This document shows, piece by piece, positions 27,535 through 37,276 of a stretch of 64,000 bases of DNA. Source of the DNA: an uncultured Gammaproteobacteria bacterium. GTDB lineage: Bacteria; Patescibacteriota; Microgenomatia; UBA12405. The stretch covers positions 43,705-107,704 of the forward strand of contig CAZIZX010000003.1 in the NCBI GenBank assembly GCA_964544275.1, written 5' to 3'. How positions within the stretch are numbered: the stretch's first letter is position 1; each line of letters opens with the position of its first letter. Under the pieces are notes generated by a model. It was not told the DNA's origin, made no database searches, and worked only from the letters and a program-made list of their open reading frames with translations. Both the position numbers and the translations under genes were made by a program.

Positions 27535-27617
27535 AAAAAAACTCCTTAAAGTAGTAATATTCCCGGCCCTGTGCCTGGAACGGATCTACTTTCGGAGTTT
27601 ACAGGTTAAACACCTAA
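27535..27617 (-). promoter_or_regulatory. Conserved 83-nt leader upstream of ParB-MTase (copy 2)
   Basis: Reverse complement is about 95% identical to 8721-8803. Confidence 0.55.
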
Positions 27618-27665
27618 GCTTAATTGAGCTGATTAATTAAAGCACAAACCATAGCTCCCGTCAAA

Positions 27666-28385
27666 TTACGCTTTAATCTGCCACCCAAGAAGCAATTCCA
27701 ATCTTTCCTTTATCTTCTCCCAATCAGATAACTTGGATTTCAGTAGCGTAAAAAAGGCTTCGGAATGATTTTTATGTTTCATATGGCAAAGTTCGTGGGT
27801 AATCACATAATCAATACAGACAATGGGAGCTTTTATTAGTTCCGGATTTAGGTAGATTTTTTTGGTACCCAAAAAACTTCCCCATCTTTTAGCCATCTTT
27901 CTAATTTCTAATTCAGGGACAAAGTTGTAATTAAAGTTTTTCTGTACTTCTACATATCTTTTTCTAAATACTTCTGAATTCTTTTGCAGGTACCATTCCT
28001 CTAATATTTTTCTGTTATGAAATCCATTTGATACTTTACTTTGAGTTTTTAATAGCATTACGCCTTTAGCTATAGACACTCCTTCGTCCTTGGACCGTAT
28101 GACCTTAAGTTTATATTGTTTGCCTAAATAAAGGAAACTTTCACCAGAGATATATTCTTTTTCATAAATTTTTGTCTGGTATTTTTTAAAATACTTAAGC
28201 TGTTTTTCCAACCACAACCACTTTTTACGAAGGAAAGTTTGCAACCTCTCTTGATTGGCTGATTCAGGTGCTTTTAATATAATGCTTAAATCCGGTCGTA
28301 CGGTTAGACTTAACGATTTTCTGTCTTCCCGGATAAGTGCGTAACTATATTCATATTTACCAAATACGAACTTCTTGATTTTCAT
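27666..28385 (-). CDS. DUF45/YgjP-like zinc metallopeptidase (M48-like), Type I R-M associated
   Basis: HEXXH motif in ITHELCHMKHKNHSEAF. The position after hsdR is typical for this family. Confidence 0.7.
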   Translation of the reverse strand: MKIKKFVFGKYEYSYALIREDRKSLSLTVRPDLSIILKAPESANQERLQTFLRKKWLWLEKQLKYFKKYQTKIYEKEYISGESFLYLGKQYKLKVIRSKDEGVSIAKGVMLLKTQSKVSNGFHNRKILEEWYLQKNSEVFRKRYVEVQKNFNYNFVPELEIRKMAKRWGSFLGTKKIYLNPELIKAPIVCIDYVITHELCHMKHKNHSEAFFTLLKSKLSDWEKIKERLELLLGWQIKA

Positions 28386-31300
28386 TAATTGAATACTTCA
28401 AAATTATTTTTGGCTAACTCAATTATTAAATCTTCGAGTTTATTTCTATCCTCGTTGTTAATTTTAACTTCGTAATCTTTTTCGATTACGTCATAAAGAT
28501 AGTCATCGACCGCATTTTTCATAATTCTGATTTGCTCTCTGTTTAAGTGCCAATCGACAATGCTATGTTCTCGGACAACCTCCAATAGTTCAAGCACTAT
28601 CTTTATAAATTGAGATCCATTGATTCCATATCCGGCAAACTGAGTCTGCAAATTACGATAAAAGATATCCGCCCCTTTATTTGACAGAATTGGTGAGGGC
28701 AGACTATCGTCCTGTTTATTTAATACATGGTCTTTAATAAGTTTTGCTTGTTTTAAGGCTTCGATATCAGCAATTTTCTTAAGCCTCATTTCCTCCAAAA
28801 GCTTATTAATTTTCAGTGAAAACCGATGATAAAACTCTGGATCTTTCTGTAATTTCTCGTTTATTGTTCGGCTCGTTTGGGCGGCGATAGCTTCAGCCTT
28901 AGATTTATCTGATCCTAATTCAGAAATAGCTTGCTCAAACACTTTCTTGTCGTTGATCGAAATTTGGCGTGTCAAAAGCTCTGCCTCTTCCGCCTTGATA
29001 TTGGTATCCATTATTTTAATCAAGGATTGTTTGTATTTATTGAAATCGACATCCTCGGCATATCTTAGACTGGCAGTCTTTCGGATGTTTAAGAATTTTT
29101 TTAGCTCAAGCCTATAAGTATCGATATGATCAAATTCATGGACGAAATCTTGGAGTACCATACACTCACCAAAGATTTTTAGGAAGTGAGCCAACTGTTC
29201 ATAGAACTTTTTTCGTGTTGGTTCGTCATTTAGAAACTGCAAATAAGCCTCATCGTCTTCTTTGACACCATTAAAAATATCGTGAAGACTACCATAGGAG
29301 CTTTCTAATTCTTGGATTTTTTCATCAACATCAATCAATGCCCCTTTGACATCTTCCTCGTCGTAGTTACCAAATAATTGCATGGCGGTTTTGAGGTTAA
29401 GAGCATTCTCAGAATAGTCGATAATATAACCTGCTGTCTTGGGTAAAACCTTATTATCGTACAACCGATTTACCCGGGCAATTGCCTGAAGCAAATTGTG
29501 GTCTTTAAGTTCTTTGGCAAGGTATAAAACGGTATTTCTTGGAGCGTCAAAACCTGTCAATAATTTATCCACTACGATCAGTATTTCAATCCCATCCTCG
29601 CTGTACTTAAAGTTTTCAATTACTTCTTTCTCGTACGAAAGCAAGCTCTGATAATTGGCTTTTATATCTTTTAAATACTCGTCAACTTCTTTTTTATGTT
29701 GATCGTCATCTTCAATTAGTCCATTTTCATCTGAGATGACTAAAGCGGTATTAATCTTGCCACTTTCTGCAAAATATTTTTGAAATAATGTGGCCGAATA
29801 TTTTGACGGGGCTACTATCTGGGCTTTCAGACCAGTACCTTGAAACTGTTCAAGGTAATGGTTCTCAATATCATATGCAATTTCTTTGATCCTTTGTGGA
29901 TTATCTTGGATAATTTGGCTCTTAATTAGGTATTGGAGTTTTTTCTTTTCAGCATCATTTAAATCAGAAGTAAGACGGTCCACTTGCTTATCAATTTCTT
30001 TCCTGTCTTGGCGAAGGTCAACATATCGTCCTTCATAAATTAGGGGTAGGATAATTTCATCTTCAAGAGCATCATCAATAGTGTATTTGTCGATAAATGA
30101 CCCAAATTTAAGCCGTGACTTTTCCTTTTTTAAAAGAGGAGTACCTGTAAAAGCAATGTAACATGCATTAGGGATGACTCGATTCATCTCCAGATTGGCA
30201 TCTCCACCCTGAGACCGGTGGGCTTCGTCAATTAAAACAAAAATATTTTGGTCATGGTCAACAAAATCTGATCTCTTTTTACTAGCAGCTTGGAACTTGT
30301 GTATTAAGGTGGTGATGACTCTCAAATCTTTCTGTTGAATTAATTTGAGTAAATGTCCGCCGCTACTGGCTTGGATGACATCTTTTTTTAGACCAGCATT
30401 TATGAAAGTTCCTTTGATTTGGCGATCTAAATCTTTTCTGTCAGTAACTATCAAGATTCTTGGGTTAACAATATCCGGGTTTTCGATCAAAGCTTTTACA
30501 AACATTACCATCGTTAACGATTTACCTGACCCCTGAGTATGCCAAAGAATACCACCTTTTCTTTTTGGTCCATACTCCATGGTTTCAATTTGATCAGTCC
30601 TTAGGAGAAGTTTTTTGATAGCAAAATATTGCTGGTAGCGCATCACCTTTTTGATCCCAGCATCATAGAGAACATAGTTTTTTGAGACATCAAGTAATCT
30701 TTCCTTGGTTAATAGTCCCAATACTGCCAAATCTTGATTGGTGGGTAATCGGTCAAGATTCTGTTGGTGATCAACTGTATTTCCATTTAGGTCAAAAAGA
30801 ATTTGGTTATACAGGACCGTATCAATTGGTTTACTAATAATCTCTTTTACTCTCTCTTTAAATTGTTTTTTAAATTCATCTCTGTTTTTCCATTCTTCAT
30901 CGACAACATTTCTTTCTTTCCATTTGGCAAAAAACTTATTAGGGGTACCAACTGTCCCGTAACGGAGATCTTCTTTATTGGCACCAATTAACAGTTGGGG
31001 ATAGATAAATAATTTTGGACAAAATGATGGGGATTGATTTCGATTCAACTGGGACAAAGCTTCTTCAATTTCAACTGATGATTTCTTGTTTTCGATGATG
31101 ACAAAAGGGATTCCGTTTACAAATATAACAATGTCTACCCGAATATCACATTTACCCGTAGCTTGAAACTCGACCGTAACCGCAAAATCATTATTCTCGA
31201 TATTTTGGAAATCTATGTACTTAAAACTTTTTGATATTACCGTTCCTTCGTTAAAAACCTTGATTGTCTTGCCTCCAGTCGTGGGCATGATCATACCGTA

Positions 31301-31591
31301 AACTTTTCTTGAAGTATCAATAAGTCCTTCAACTGGAGTATTTTCCAATTCGTCAATAACTTGAGCGATATCCGCTTCAGAGAACTTGTACGTTTGTCCT
31401 TTGTGTTCGTAGCTGTTAATTTCGGAAAATTTCCTTAATGCTGTTTCCCGTAAAATGAATTTTGAAGTGTCGCCTCCACGTTCTCGCATCACTTCAGAAG
31501 CTGGTATGTAGCGATATCCAAGATTAATCAACATTTCCACTAATGGGAGTTGAGACTGTTTTGCTTCGTCTAAATTGATTTTATCCATCAT
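28385..31591 (-). CDS. hsdR: Type I restriction enzyme R subunit
   Basis: HsdR N-terminal region LPLVEMLINLGYRYIP, a nuclease domain, and SF2 helicase motifs (TQGSGKS Walker A, DEAHRSQ). Confidence 0.9.
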   Translation of the reverse strand: MMDKINLDEAKQSQLPLVEMLINLGYRYIPASEVMRERGGDTSKFILRETALRKFSEINSYEHKGQTYKFSEADIAQVIDELENTPVEGLIDTSRKVYGMIMPTTGGKTIKVFNEGTVISKSFKYIDFQNIENNDFAVTVEFQATGKCDIRVDIVIFVNGIPFVIIENKKSSVEIEEALSQLNRNQSPSFCPKLFIYPQLLIGANKEDLRYGTVGTPNKFFAKWKERNVVDEEWKNRDEFKKQFKERVKEIISKPIDTVLYNQILFDLNGNTVDHQQNLDRLPTNQDLAVLGLLTKERLLDVSKNYVLYDAGIKKVMRYQQYFAIKKLLLRTDQIETMEYGPKRKGGILWHTQGSGKSLTMVMFVKALIENPDIVNPRILIVTDRKDLDRQIKGTFINAGLKKDVIQASSGGHLLKLIQQKDLRVITTLIHKFQAASKKRSDFVDHDQNIFVLIDEAHRSQGGDANLEMNRVIPNACYIAFTGTPLLKKEKSRLKFGSFIDKYTIDDALEDEIILPLIYEGRYVDLRQDRKEIDKQVDRLTSDLNDAEKKKLQYLIKSQIIQDNPQRIKEIAYDIENHYLEQFQGTGLKAQIVAPSKYSATLFQKYFAESGKINTALVISDENGLIEDDDQHKKEVDEYLKDIKANYQSLLSYEKEVIENFKYSEDGIEILIVVDKLLTGFDAPRNTVLYLAKELKDHNLLQAIARVNRLYDNKVLPKTAGYIIDYSENALNLKTAMQLFGNYDEEDVKGALIDVDEKIQELESSYGSLHDIFNGVKEDDEAYLQFLNDEPTRKKFYEQLAHFLKIFGECMVLQDFVHEFDHIDTYRLELKKFLNIRKTASLRYAEDVDFNKYKQSLIKIMDTNIKAEEAELLTRQISINDKKVFEQAISELGSDKSKAEAIAAQTSRTINEKLQKDPEFYHRFSLKINKLLEEMRLKKIADIEALKQAKLIKDHVLNKQDDSLPSPILSNKGADIFYRNLQTQFAGYGINGSQFIKIVLELLEVVREHSIVDWHLNREQIRIMKNAVDDYLYDVIEKDYEVKINNEDRNKLEDLIIELAKNNFEVFN

Positions 31592-31592
31592 A

Positions 31593-32828
31593 TTATTTTT
31601 TATTAGTAAATTCCGGTACCCTAATCTGCCCGGTGATTAAATTGTTAAGAAGATAATTTTTTTGTTTAACAACTAGATTTTTTTGTTTTTTAAGAAAAGA
31701 TATTTCTTCATCTGATGTTAACAATAGCTTTGCGATATGTTTCTGTTCTTCAAGATCAGGAAAATTGATAGTTATCTCTGCTACTATCTCCTTCTTTAGG
31801 TTACGTACGCCGGACCCAGCAGCCAGCGATTTAAAAGTATTTTGCATCTTATCTGAAGTTAAAAGATAAAACAGAAAAAATTTATCCACGTTAGTTTTTA
31901 TGTTTCTAAGGGCTAACCATCCGTCATGGATACAGGCGGATATTTTCATGATATACGGTCTACCAAAGCTCATGGAATTGGAAAGTATAAAATCTCCCGG
32001 GTTAACAAGCGTAGTTTTTTTAAGTCCTTCCGGGATTATTTTTTCGGATGTTGATTGGATATACATGGCATCGTTTTCTATATCACCTATTCTTAGCCAA
32101 TTGTAGCCGTCAGAGTCCTTTGTAATAAATTGTTCTATTGGTCTAGGTGAACCGCCACGGCTTATATCGCAAATATCTTTAATCTTGACCTTAGTAACTT
32201 TTTTAAACAAATCACCCGAAGTAAGTTTTTGTAATAGGGAATATCTAGTATATTTCTTTATTTTTATCTTTTGATTTAATAGGCTAATATATTTGTCCCA
32301 TGTTTCGAGAATTTGGACTATTTGACGTTGTTGTGCAAGTTTTGGAACTAAAAATTTAACCATTGAAAGTGATTTTTGATTAACACCTTTTGCAGTAGAC
32401 CCAGTAGATAATAAATCTAATAGCCCTTGAAAAACATCTGATAAGAGATAATGGAATAAAAATATATTATCGACACCTTCTGAAGGTCTTAATGCAACTA
32501 CTCTCTGGCTAAGAATATATTTATTATTGTCGGGGACTATTGCAACGTTACCGAGTGGCGCCTCCATTGTAAATATGATATCTCCTTGTTTAAGATCACC
32601 TTTGTTCATCCATTTTTTATATAACTCTTCGGACGCGAGATGGCACTCGGAACCAAAGTCGATATAACCTTTTTTTACATTATTGGCTGACAATGCAGGA
32701 ATTGACCCGCCACCCCAATCCATACCAAGTTTTTTTGGTGTTTTGCCCCTGAAGTCAATGACTTCGGAAACTACCTGATTAAAACTTAATTCTTTCCATC
32801 CTTCTGGTATTTTTTGTTGATTGTTCAT
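31593..32828 (-). CDS. hsdS: Type I restriction-modification specificity subunit (two TRDs)
   Basis: Two target-recognition domains separated by conserved central and C-terminal coiled-coil repeats. Position is between hsdR and hsdM. Confidence 0.8.
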   Translation of the reverse strand: MNNQQKIPEGWKELSFNQVVSEVIDFRGKTPKKLGMDWGGGSIPALSANNVKKGYIDFGSECHLASEELYKKWMNKGDLKQGDIIFTMEAPLGNVAIVPDNNKYILSQRVVALRPSEGVDNIFLFHYLLSDVFQGLLDLLSTGSTAKGVNQKSLSMVKFLVPKLAQQRQIVQILETWDKYISLLNQKIKIKKYTRYSLLQKLTSGDLFKKVTKVKIKDICDISRGGSPRPIEQFITKDSDGYNWLRIGDIENDAMYIQSTSEKIIPEGLKKTTLVNPGDFILSNSMSFGRPYIMKISACIHDGWLALRNIKTNVDKFFLFYLLTSDKMQNTFKSLAAGSGVRNLKKEIVAEITINFPDLEEQKHIAKLLLTSDEEISFLKKQKNLVVKQKNYLLNNLITGQIRVPEFTNKK

Positions 32829-33547
32829 TTTGATGCAACCTTTGTATCTCTCTTTTTAACGGCCTCTTTGGCACTGTCAGGTAAAGCTTCGTAGAAACCA
32901 CCAACTTCTTTTGGTTCAGTGATCATTTTGTCCGCAACAAAATTTAGTAACTCAAACAGTTTAATTACTCTTTCTGGTTCTTCTTTCAAATTGATTTCCC
33001 CAGGATGAACACCGCTATTCCCAGTTATTCTTAAAGCATCTAAGGATTTTTGGACTAATGGGTTAAGTCCTTTTTTTACCAGGTTACCGATATCATCGTT
33101 GATGTTTTCTCCCTTTTCACCCAATTCTTTACACAGCTTTTGGAGTGCTAATCTTAATATTGCTGCAGCGGCTCTTGGAGATTCACTAAGAATATTTGCC
33201 GCTTCCAAATAATCTGATTTTATATCTTCACTTAAGTCATCGTTCGGCTGTTGAACAATGATTTTTTTTGGATAAATCATCTGAGTATCTATCCAAATAG
33301 AAAAATTATTACAGTGGCCACAAAAAGAAACAGTCCAGAGCTCACCTAACTTTGCCGAATGTTGTGCTAATCCGCAAATATTTGATTTTTTTACATATGA
33401 GTTATATTGTCCTCGAACTGAATAGTTATCTCCGACGGCTTCAATGTGTGACCAACTTTGATGAGCAAATACACCACAATGAGGACAATGAAATTGACCT
33501 GTGGCGTGCTGTGGAGGATAGTATTTTTCTGCCATATTTTTGATCAT
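32825..33547 (-). CDS. Zn-ribbon plus DUF4145-domain protein embedded in Type I R-M operon
   Basis: N-terminal CPHCG...CGHC zinc ribbon. The C-terminal AAAILRLALQKLCKELG...LDALRITGNSGVHPGE resembles DUF4145. Confidence 0.5.
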   Translation of the reverse strand: MIKNMAEKYYPPQHATGQFHCPHCGVFAHQSWSHIEAVGDNYSVRGQYNSYVKKSNICGLAQHSAKLGELWTVSFCGHCNNFSIWIDTQMIYPKKIIVQQPNDDLSEDIKSDYLEAANILSESPRAAAAILRLALQKLCKELGEKGENINDDIGNLVKKGLNPLVQKSLDALRITGNSGVHPGEINLKEEPERVIKLFELLNFVADKMITEPKEVGGFYEALPDSAKEAVKKRDTKVASK

Positions 33548-33683
33548 ATTGAGCCGAAGCTCATAATGTTATTTAACGTTAAATTACGGTGTTTTGTAAG
33601 TTGACTACTTGACATATGTTTTACTTAGTCATATAATCATAACTGATACTAACTGTATCATAAATCGATGGCTTAGGGGCTCC

Positions 33684-34457
33684 TCAGTGAGTCCCTTTTG
33701 CGTTTTTAAGGGCATTTTTTGCCTTGTCAGAGATCTCTCTCTGCCAACAAATAAAGTCTTTAATTTTCCAAATTTCGAACACAAAAACACCAGTAGCATT
33801 AAGTTCTGGAGCAATCCTTCCGGAAGTGGCAAAGATTACCACTTGTTTTCCGTCTTGGATAAGTTGCTCAATTGGGTCAGCAAAGTCACTATCACCACTC
33901 CAAAGAATGAAATTTTGGACTCCATTTCTTTCAAAATCCAAATACATATCACGACCCATTTCAACGTCAAAATTACATTTCCATTGTTCAACATATTTTG
34001 TCCCTGCTTTGTTTAACTCAAGCAGTTTATTGTTGAGAAACTTGATCGTTTCAACGTCTAATTTATTTAGTAGAGGTTTCTTAATAAAGTTTTGAAGCAC
34101 TGCAGGGGAGCCGTCAGGAGTACCGGATACGTCAATTGAAAGACGCATTCTTTTAATTGGTTTGGTTTTTACAACATAACCGTGCTTTTGGGCTTGATTA
34201 ATTATTGCTTCTGAAAATTGATCTCCGGGAACAGTACCATTGTAAAACCGTACGTTTTTAATTGTGTCAAAAGAGTCGAGGAATTGTTTCAGTCGTTCTA
34301 GATCAATATGCCAGCCTAATTTTTCCGACCAGTGGAACACATTGGCAAAATCAATATAAACGTTTGATGGTTTATCAAAAATACTTTCTAACTGAGTAAT
34401 TGCTTCTGGGTAAAGTTTAGAAAATGCATTTATTTTGTCAGTTTTTGGTTTAAACAT
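33684..34457 (-). CDS. NYN/LabA-like (DUF88) PIN-fold ribonuclease domain protein
   Basis: VYIDFANV and FILWSGDSDFADPIEQLIQDGKQVVIF match the conserved NYN acidic motifs. Confidence 0.6.
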   Translation of the reverse strand: MFKPKTDKINAFSKLYPEAITQLESIFDKPSNVYIDFANVFHWSEKLGWHIDLERLKQFLDSFDTIKNVRFYNGTVPGDQFSEAIINQAQKHGYVVKTKPIKRMRLSIDVSGTPDGSPAVLQNFIKKPLLNKLDVETIKFLNNKLLELNKAGTKYVEQWKCNFDVEMGRDMYLDFERNGVQNFILWSGDSDFADPIEQLIQDGKQVVIFATSGRIAPELNATGVFVFEIWKIKDFICWQREISDKAKNALKNAKGTH

Positions 34458-34460
34458 AAT

Positions 34461-35972
34461 TTATTTAATTCCTAAATCTTTTAAATACCCGTCCATTTCT
34501 TTCTCCAGTTTTTCTAGCTCTGGCTTGAGGGCCTCTAACTCCCGGAGGTTGGCAGCGATATCAATCGGGGCTTCTTCCTCGAAGGTGTCCACGTATCGGG
34601 TGATGTTTAAATTGAAGTCATTTTCTTCAATCTCGGCAAAATCTACCTTACGGGAGAATTTATCTACTTCTTGGCGATTAGCATAGGTGTTATAAATTTT
34701 TTCAATATTTTCATCTGATAGAGTGTTTTGAGCCTTACCTGGTTTAAATTCTTTTGAAGCCTCTACAAAGAGAATATCCTTTTTAGATTGATTGGCACCG
34801 CCACTTTCCCGAGATCTATCGATTATTAAAATGGCGACCGGAATGCCTGTGGTTTGGAAAAGGTTAGCAGGTAGACCAATGACAGCATCGATAATATTTT
34901 CTTTTAAAAGAGATTCACGAATTTTCCCTTCAGCTCCACCCCTAAATAAAACTCCATGGGGAACAATGACAGCCCCTCGGCCAGTTTTTGGTTTTAAAAC
35001 CTCAACCATGTGGGTGATAAAGGCATAATCACCCTTATCCTTTGGAGGTACTCCCCGGAAAAAACGATTGTAAGCGTCTGACTCAGCGTTTTCTGCCCCC
35101 CATTTTTTAAGGGAAAACGGAGGGTTTTGGACGCAGGTGTCGAACTTCATCAGCCGATCGTTTTCGACTAAAAGCGGATTGTTTAAGGTGTCACCCCATT
35201 CAATTCTGGCCGAATCCTTGCCGTGTAAAAACATATTCATCCTAGCAAGTTGGTAAGTGCTTCCTTTAGATTCTTGACCATAAAGTACGTAATTATTTGA
35301 CCCTTGAGCTTCAACTTCAGCACCGGCAAGTAAAAGTAGACCACCTGATCCGCAAGCGTTATCTACTATTCTGTCTCCCGGTTTTGGTTGAGCGAGTTTG
35401 GCTACCAATTTTGATACTTTACTTGGCGTGAAGAACTCTCCCGCTTTCTTTCCAGCATCGGCCCCAAACTTCTCGATCATGTACATATAGGCATTGCCCA
35501 TAACGTCATCATCCACCTCACTCAAATCAATCTTGTGAAAGTCACTGATTAAATTCCGAATCATTTTGTTGCGATTTTCCAGCTTGCCTAAGACTGATTC
35601 AGAATTAAAATCGATATTAAAAATTCCTTCAAGTTTAGATCGGTTAGCTTCTTCAATTTTGTCCAGAACTTTATTTAATTCCTCACCAATATTGTCATGT
35701 TCGATTATCGAATAGATATATTCAAAGGAAGTGTTTTCGGGCAAATAAAAACGGTATAATTTCAGTTTTTCTTCAATCCGTTGAGTATCACTTCCAAATC
35801 TTTCTTTATATTCCTGTCTTTTTTTATTAGAAAGATCGCTTAAATATTTATAAAAAAGCATTGCCAAGGCATAGTCTTTGTAAACCCCAGCATCAACTGA
35901 TGTCCGAGAGGAGTCAGCGGCCGACCAAAGCACTTTGTTCAATTCCTGTTGGTTGTATTTTTTTGGAGCCAT
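34461..35972 (-). CDS. hsdM: Type I restriction-modification N6-adenine methyltransferase M subunit
   Basis: HsdM N-domain, SAM motif DNACGSGG, and catalytic NPPF (VQNPPFSLKKW). Confidence 0.9.
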   Translation of the reverse strand: MAPKKYNQQELNKVLWSAADSSRTSVDAGVYKDYALAMLFYKYLSDLSNKKRQEYKERFGSDTQRIEEKLKLYRFYLPENTSFEYIYSIIEHDNIGEELNKVLDKIEEANRSKLEGIFNIDFNSESVLGKLENRNKMIRNLISDFHKIDLSEVDDDVMGNAYMYMIEKFGADAGKKAGEFFTPSKVSKLVAKLAQPKPGDRIVDNACGSGGLLLLAGAEVEAQGSNNYVLYGQESKGSTYQLARMNMFLHGKDSARIEWGDTLNNPLLVENDRLMKFDTCVQNPPFSLKKWGAENAESDAYNRFFRGVPPKDKGDYAFITHMVEVLKPKTGRGAVIVPHGVLFRGGAEGKIRESLLKENIIDAVIGLPANLFQTTGIPVAILIIDRSRESGGANQSKKDILFVEASKEFKPGKAQNTLSDENIEKIYNTYANRQEVDKFSRKVDFAEIEENDFNLNITRYVDTFEEEAPIDIAANLRELEALKPELEKLEKEMDGYLKDLGIK

Positions 35973-35973
35973 T

Positions 35974-36549
35974 TTAGTTATTAGAATTTAAAACATGTAA
36001 TAATGAACTTTCGGAAATAGTGGATAAAATTGAAATTTTTTTACTTAACAACTCTTGTTGTTTTACTATGCTCTTATAGAGTCGAGATACTTTCAACTGT
36101 TCGTCTTTGGATGGGGTTTCAACCACTAAACCCTCTAGGTTATATTTGGGAATTGATTTGATGTAATTGCCACTGCTTAGTCTTTCTAATTGAGATTGGC
36201 CTGATGGTGAATTTAAAAAGATTGATAAATATTCGGGACTAATCAAGTTTTTATTTACCCGGAGGACAAAAACAGAAGAGGATGCGATAGTTGGCACTTC
36301 TACTTTAACCACAGCCGCCCGATATCTTCCTCTAGAGGAGAGGACGACATCTCCACTTCTTACTATTGTGTTTTCCGGAAGCTTATCTGCCATTATTTTG
36401 GTTAAGTTTTCATCTTCAAAAACGAACCCGGCTCCAATATCTTTAGCCTGAATTACCTGGTAGTTACCATTAACATCTGGTACAAGGGCCGATCGAAAGG
36501 TGTACCCGGTGACGATATTTGCAATTTCACTTAATTTGTATGAGGTCAT
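35974..36549 (-). CDS. single-TRD (half) Type I specificity subunit
   Basis: One TRD plus a C-terminal coiled-coil conserved region, at 191 aa. Lies directly upstream of hsdM. Confidence 0.6.
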   Translation of the reverse strand: MTSYKLSEIANIVTGYTFRSALVPDVNGNYQVIQAKDIGAGFVFEDENLTKIMADKLPENTIVRSGDVVLSSRGRYRAAVVKVEVPTIASSSVFVLRVNKNLISPEYLSIFLNSPSGQSQLERLSSGNYIKSIPKYNLEGLVVETPSKDEQLKVSRLYKSIVKQQELLSKKISILSTISESSLLHVLNSNN

Positions 36550-36688
36550 GCTCTTATCCTAGTCCTCAATTACCAAAATGTCAATACTTTAATTACACAC
36601 GAGGCCCTACTGCGATTATTTATATTCAAAATGCTTTAAAATATGTTATTCTGTTTATGAAACCTATAATTATTATAGAGTATTAATA

Positions 36689-37276
36689 ATGACTGACTGG
36701 CAGATCAAGATAATTCATCACCTTTATTTTGCCTATTGCCGAGCAAGACGGTTCTTTTGGGAAAGCAACTTTACTAAAAAACATTTGACCTTTGGGATAG
36801 TAGACGGCAAGTTGCAAATCACCAGCACTGAACATGAAGATTTTATCCAAGCTATACAGGAAAGAATTAATAAATTAACCCAAAAAGAACAAGGCAAATT
36901 TGTCAAGTTAGCCTTGCGAGAATCACTAGAAGGGTGCAACTTCATTATCTTTTCCCCCATCGGAGATGATAATAAGTTTATCCAATTTTGGACAGCAGAA
37001 AATAAGCTTAAATTTAATTTTTACGCCAACAAAACAAACGGATTAAAAAAATATTACTTACCAATAGTTGGATTATTAAGTGAGTCTGGTTTTGTAAATG
37101 ATGAAATTGAAAACTATCGAGGATCAATGGTTTATAAGATAGACAAGGGAAAAGACTATATATCCGTAGACGCTAATTTTCGGAAAGACATAGAAAGTGC
37201 AAGCAGATTTATCGAATCGGTTTTTAAAGATATTTATAAAATCGGTTCTCATAAGTTAATAGCAAAAGTAGAATGA
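36689..37276 (+). CDS. hypothetical protein
   Basis: Intact 195-aa ORF, ATGA-coupled to the next gene. Confidence 0.45.
   Translation: MTDWQIKIIHHLYFAYCRARRFFWESNFTKKHLTFGIVDGKLQITSTEHEDFIQAIQERINKLTQKEQGKFVKLALRESLEGCNFIIFSPIGDDNKFIQFWTAENKLKFNFYANKTNGLKKYYLPIVGLLSESGFVNDEIENYRGSMVYKIDKGKDYISVDANFRKDIESASRFIESVFKDIYKIGSHKLIAKVE

Larger units (their letters stand above)
21912..27617 (-). mobile_element. Capsid-less phage-like integrative module copy 2: leader, ParB-MTase, TerS, TerL, serine recombinase, Abi/HEPN-like cargo; abuts 3' end of tRNA-Ser(GCT)
   Basis: Collinear with copy 1 in inverted orientation. The outer boundary is set by loss of homology at 27617. The inner boundary is an inference from tRNA adjacency. 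Confidence 0.4.

Noticed and set aside
8721-27617. Inverted duplication as an assembly artefact
   Set aside because: The copies differ by about 20% at the amino-acid level and carry different cargo genes, so they are genuinely distinct loci.
32825-33547. Assigning the DUF4145 protein as a HEPN RNase
   Set aside because: Only an R-x7-H spacing was seen (RITGNSGVH), which does not fit the canonical Rx4-6H. The claim would need profile evidence.
31593-36549. Phase-variable Type I specificity switching by hsdS inversion
   Set aside because: The two hsdS genes are on the same strand with no obvious shared inverted repeats and no adjacent recombinase.
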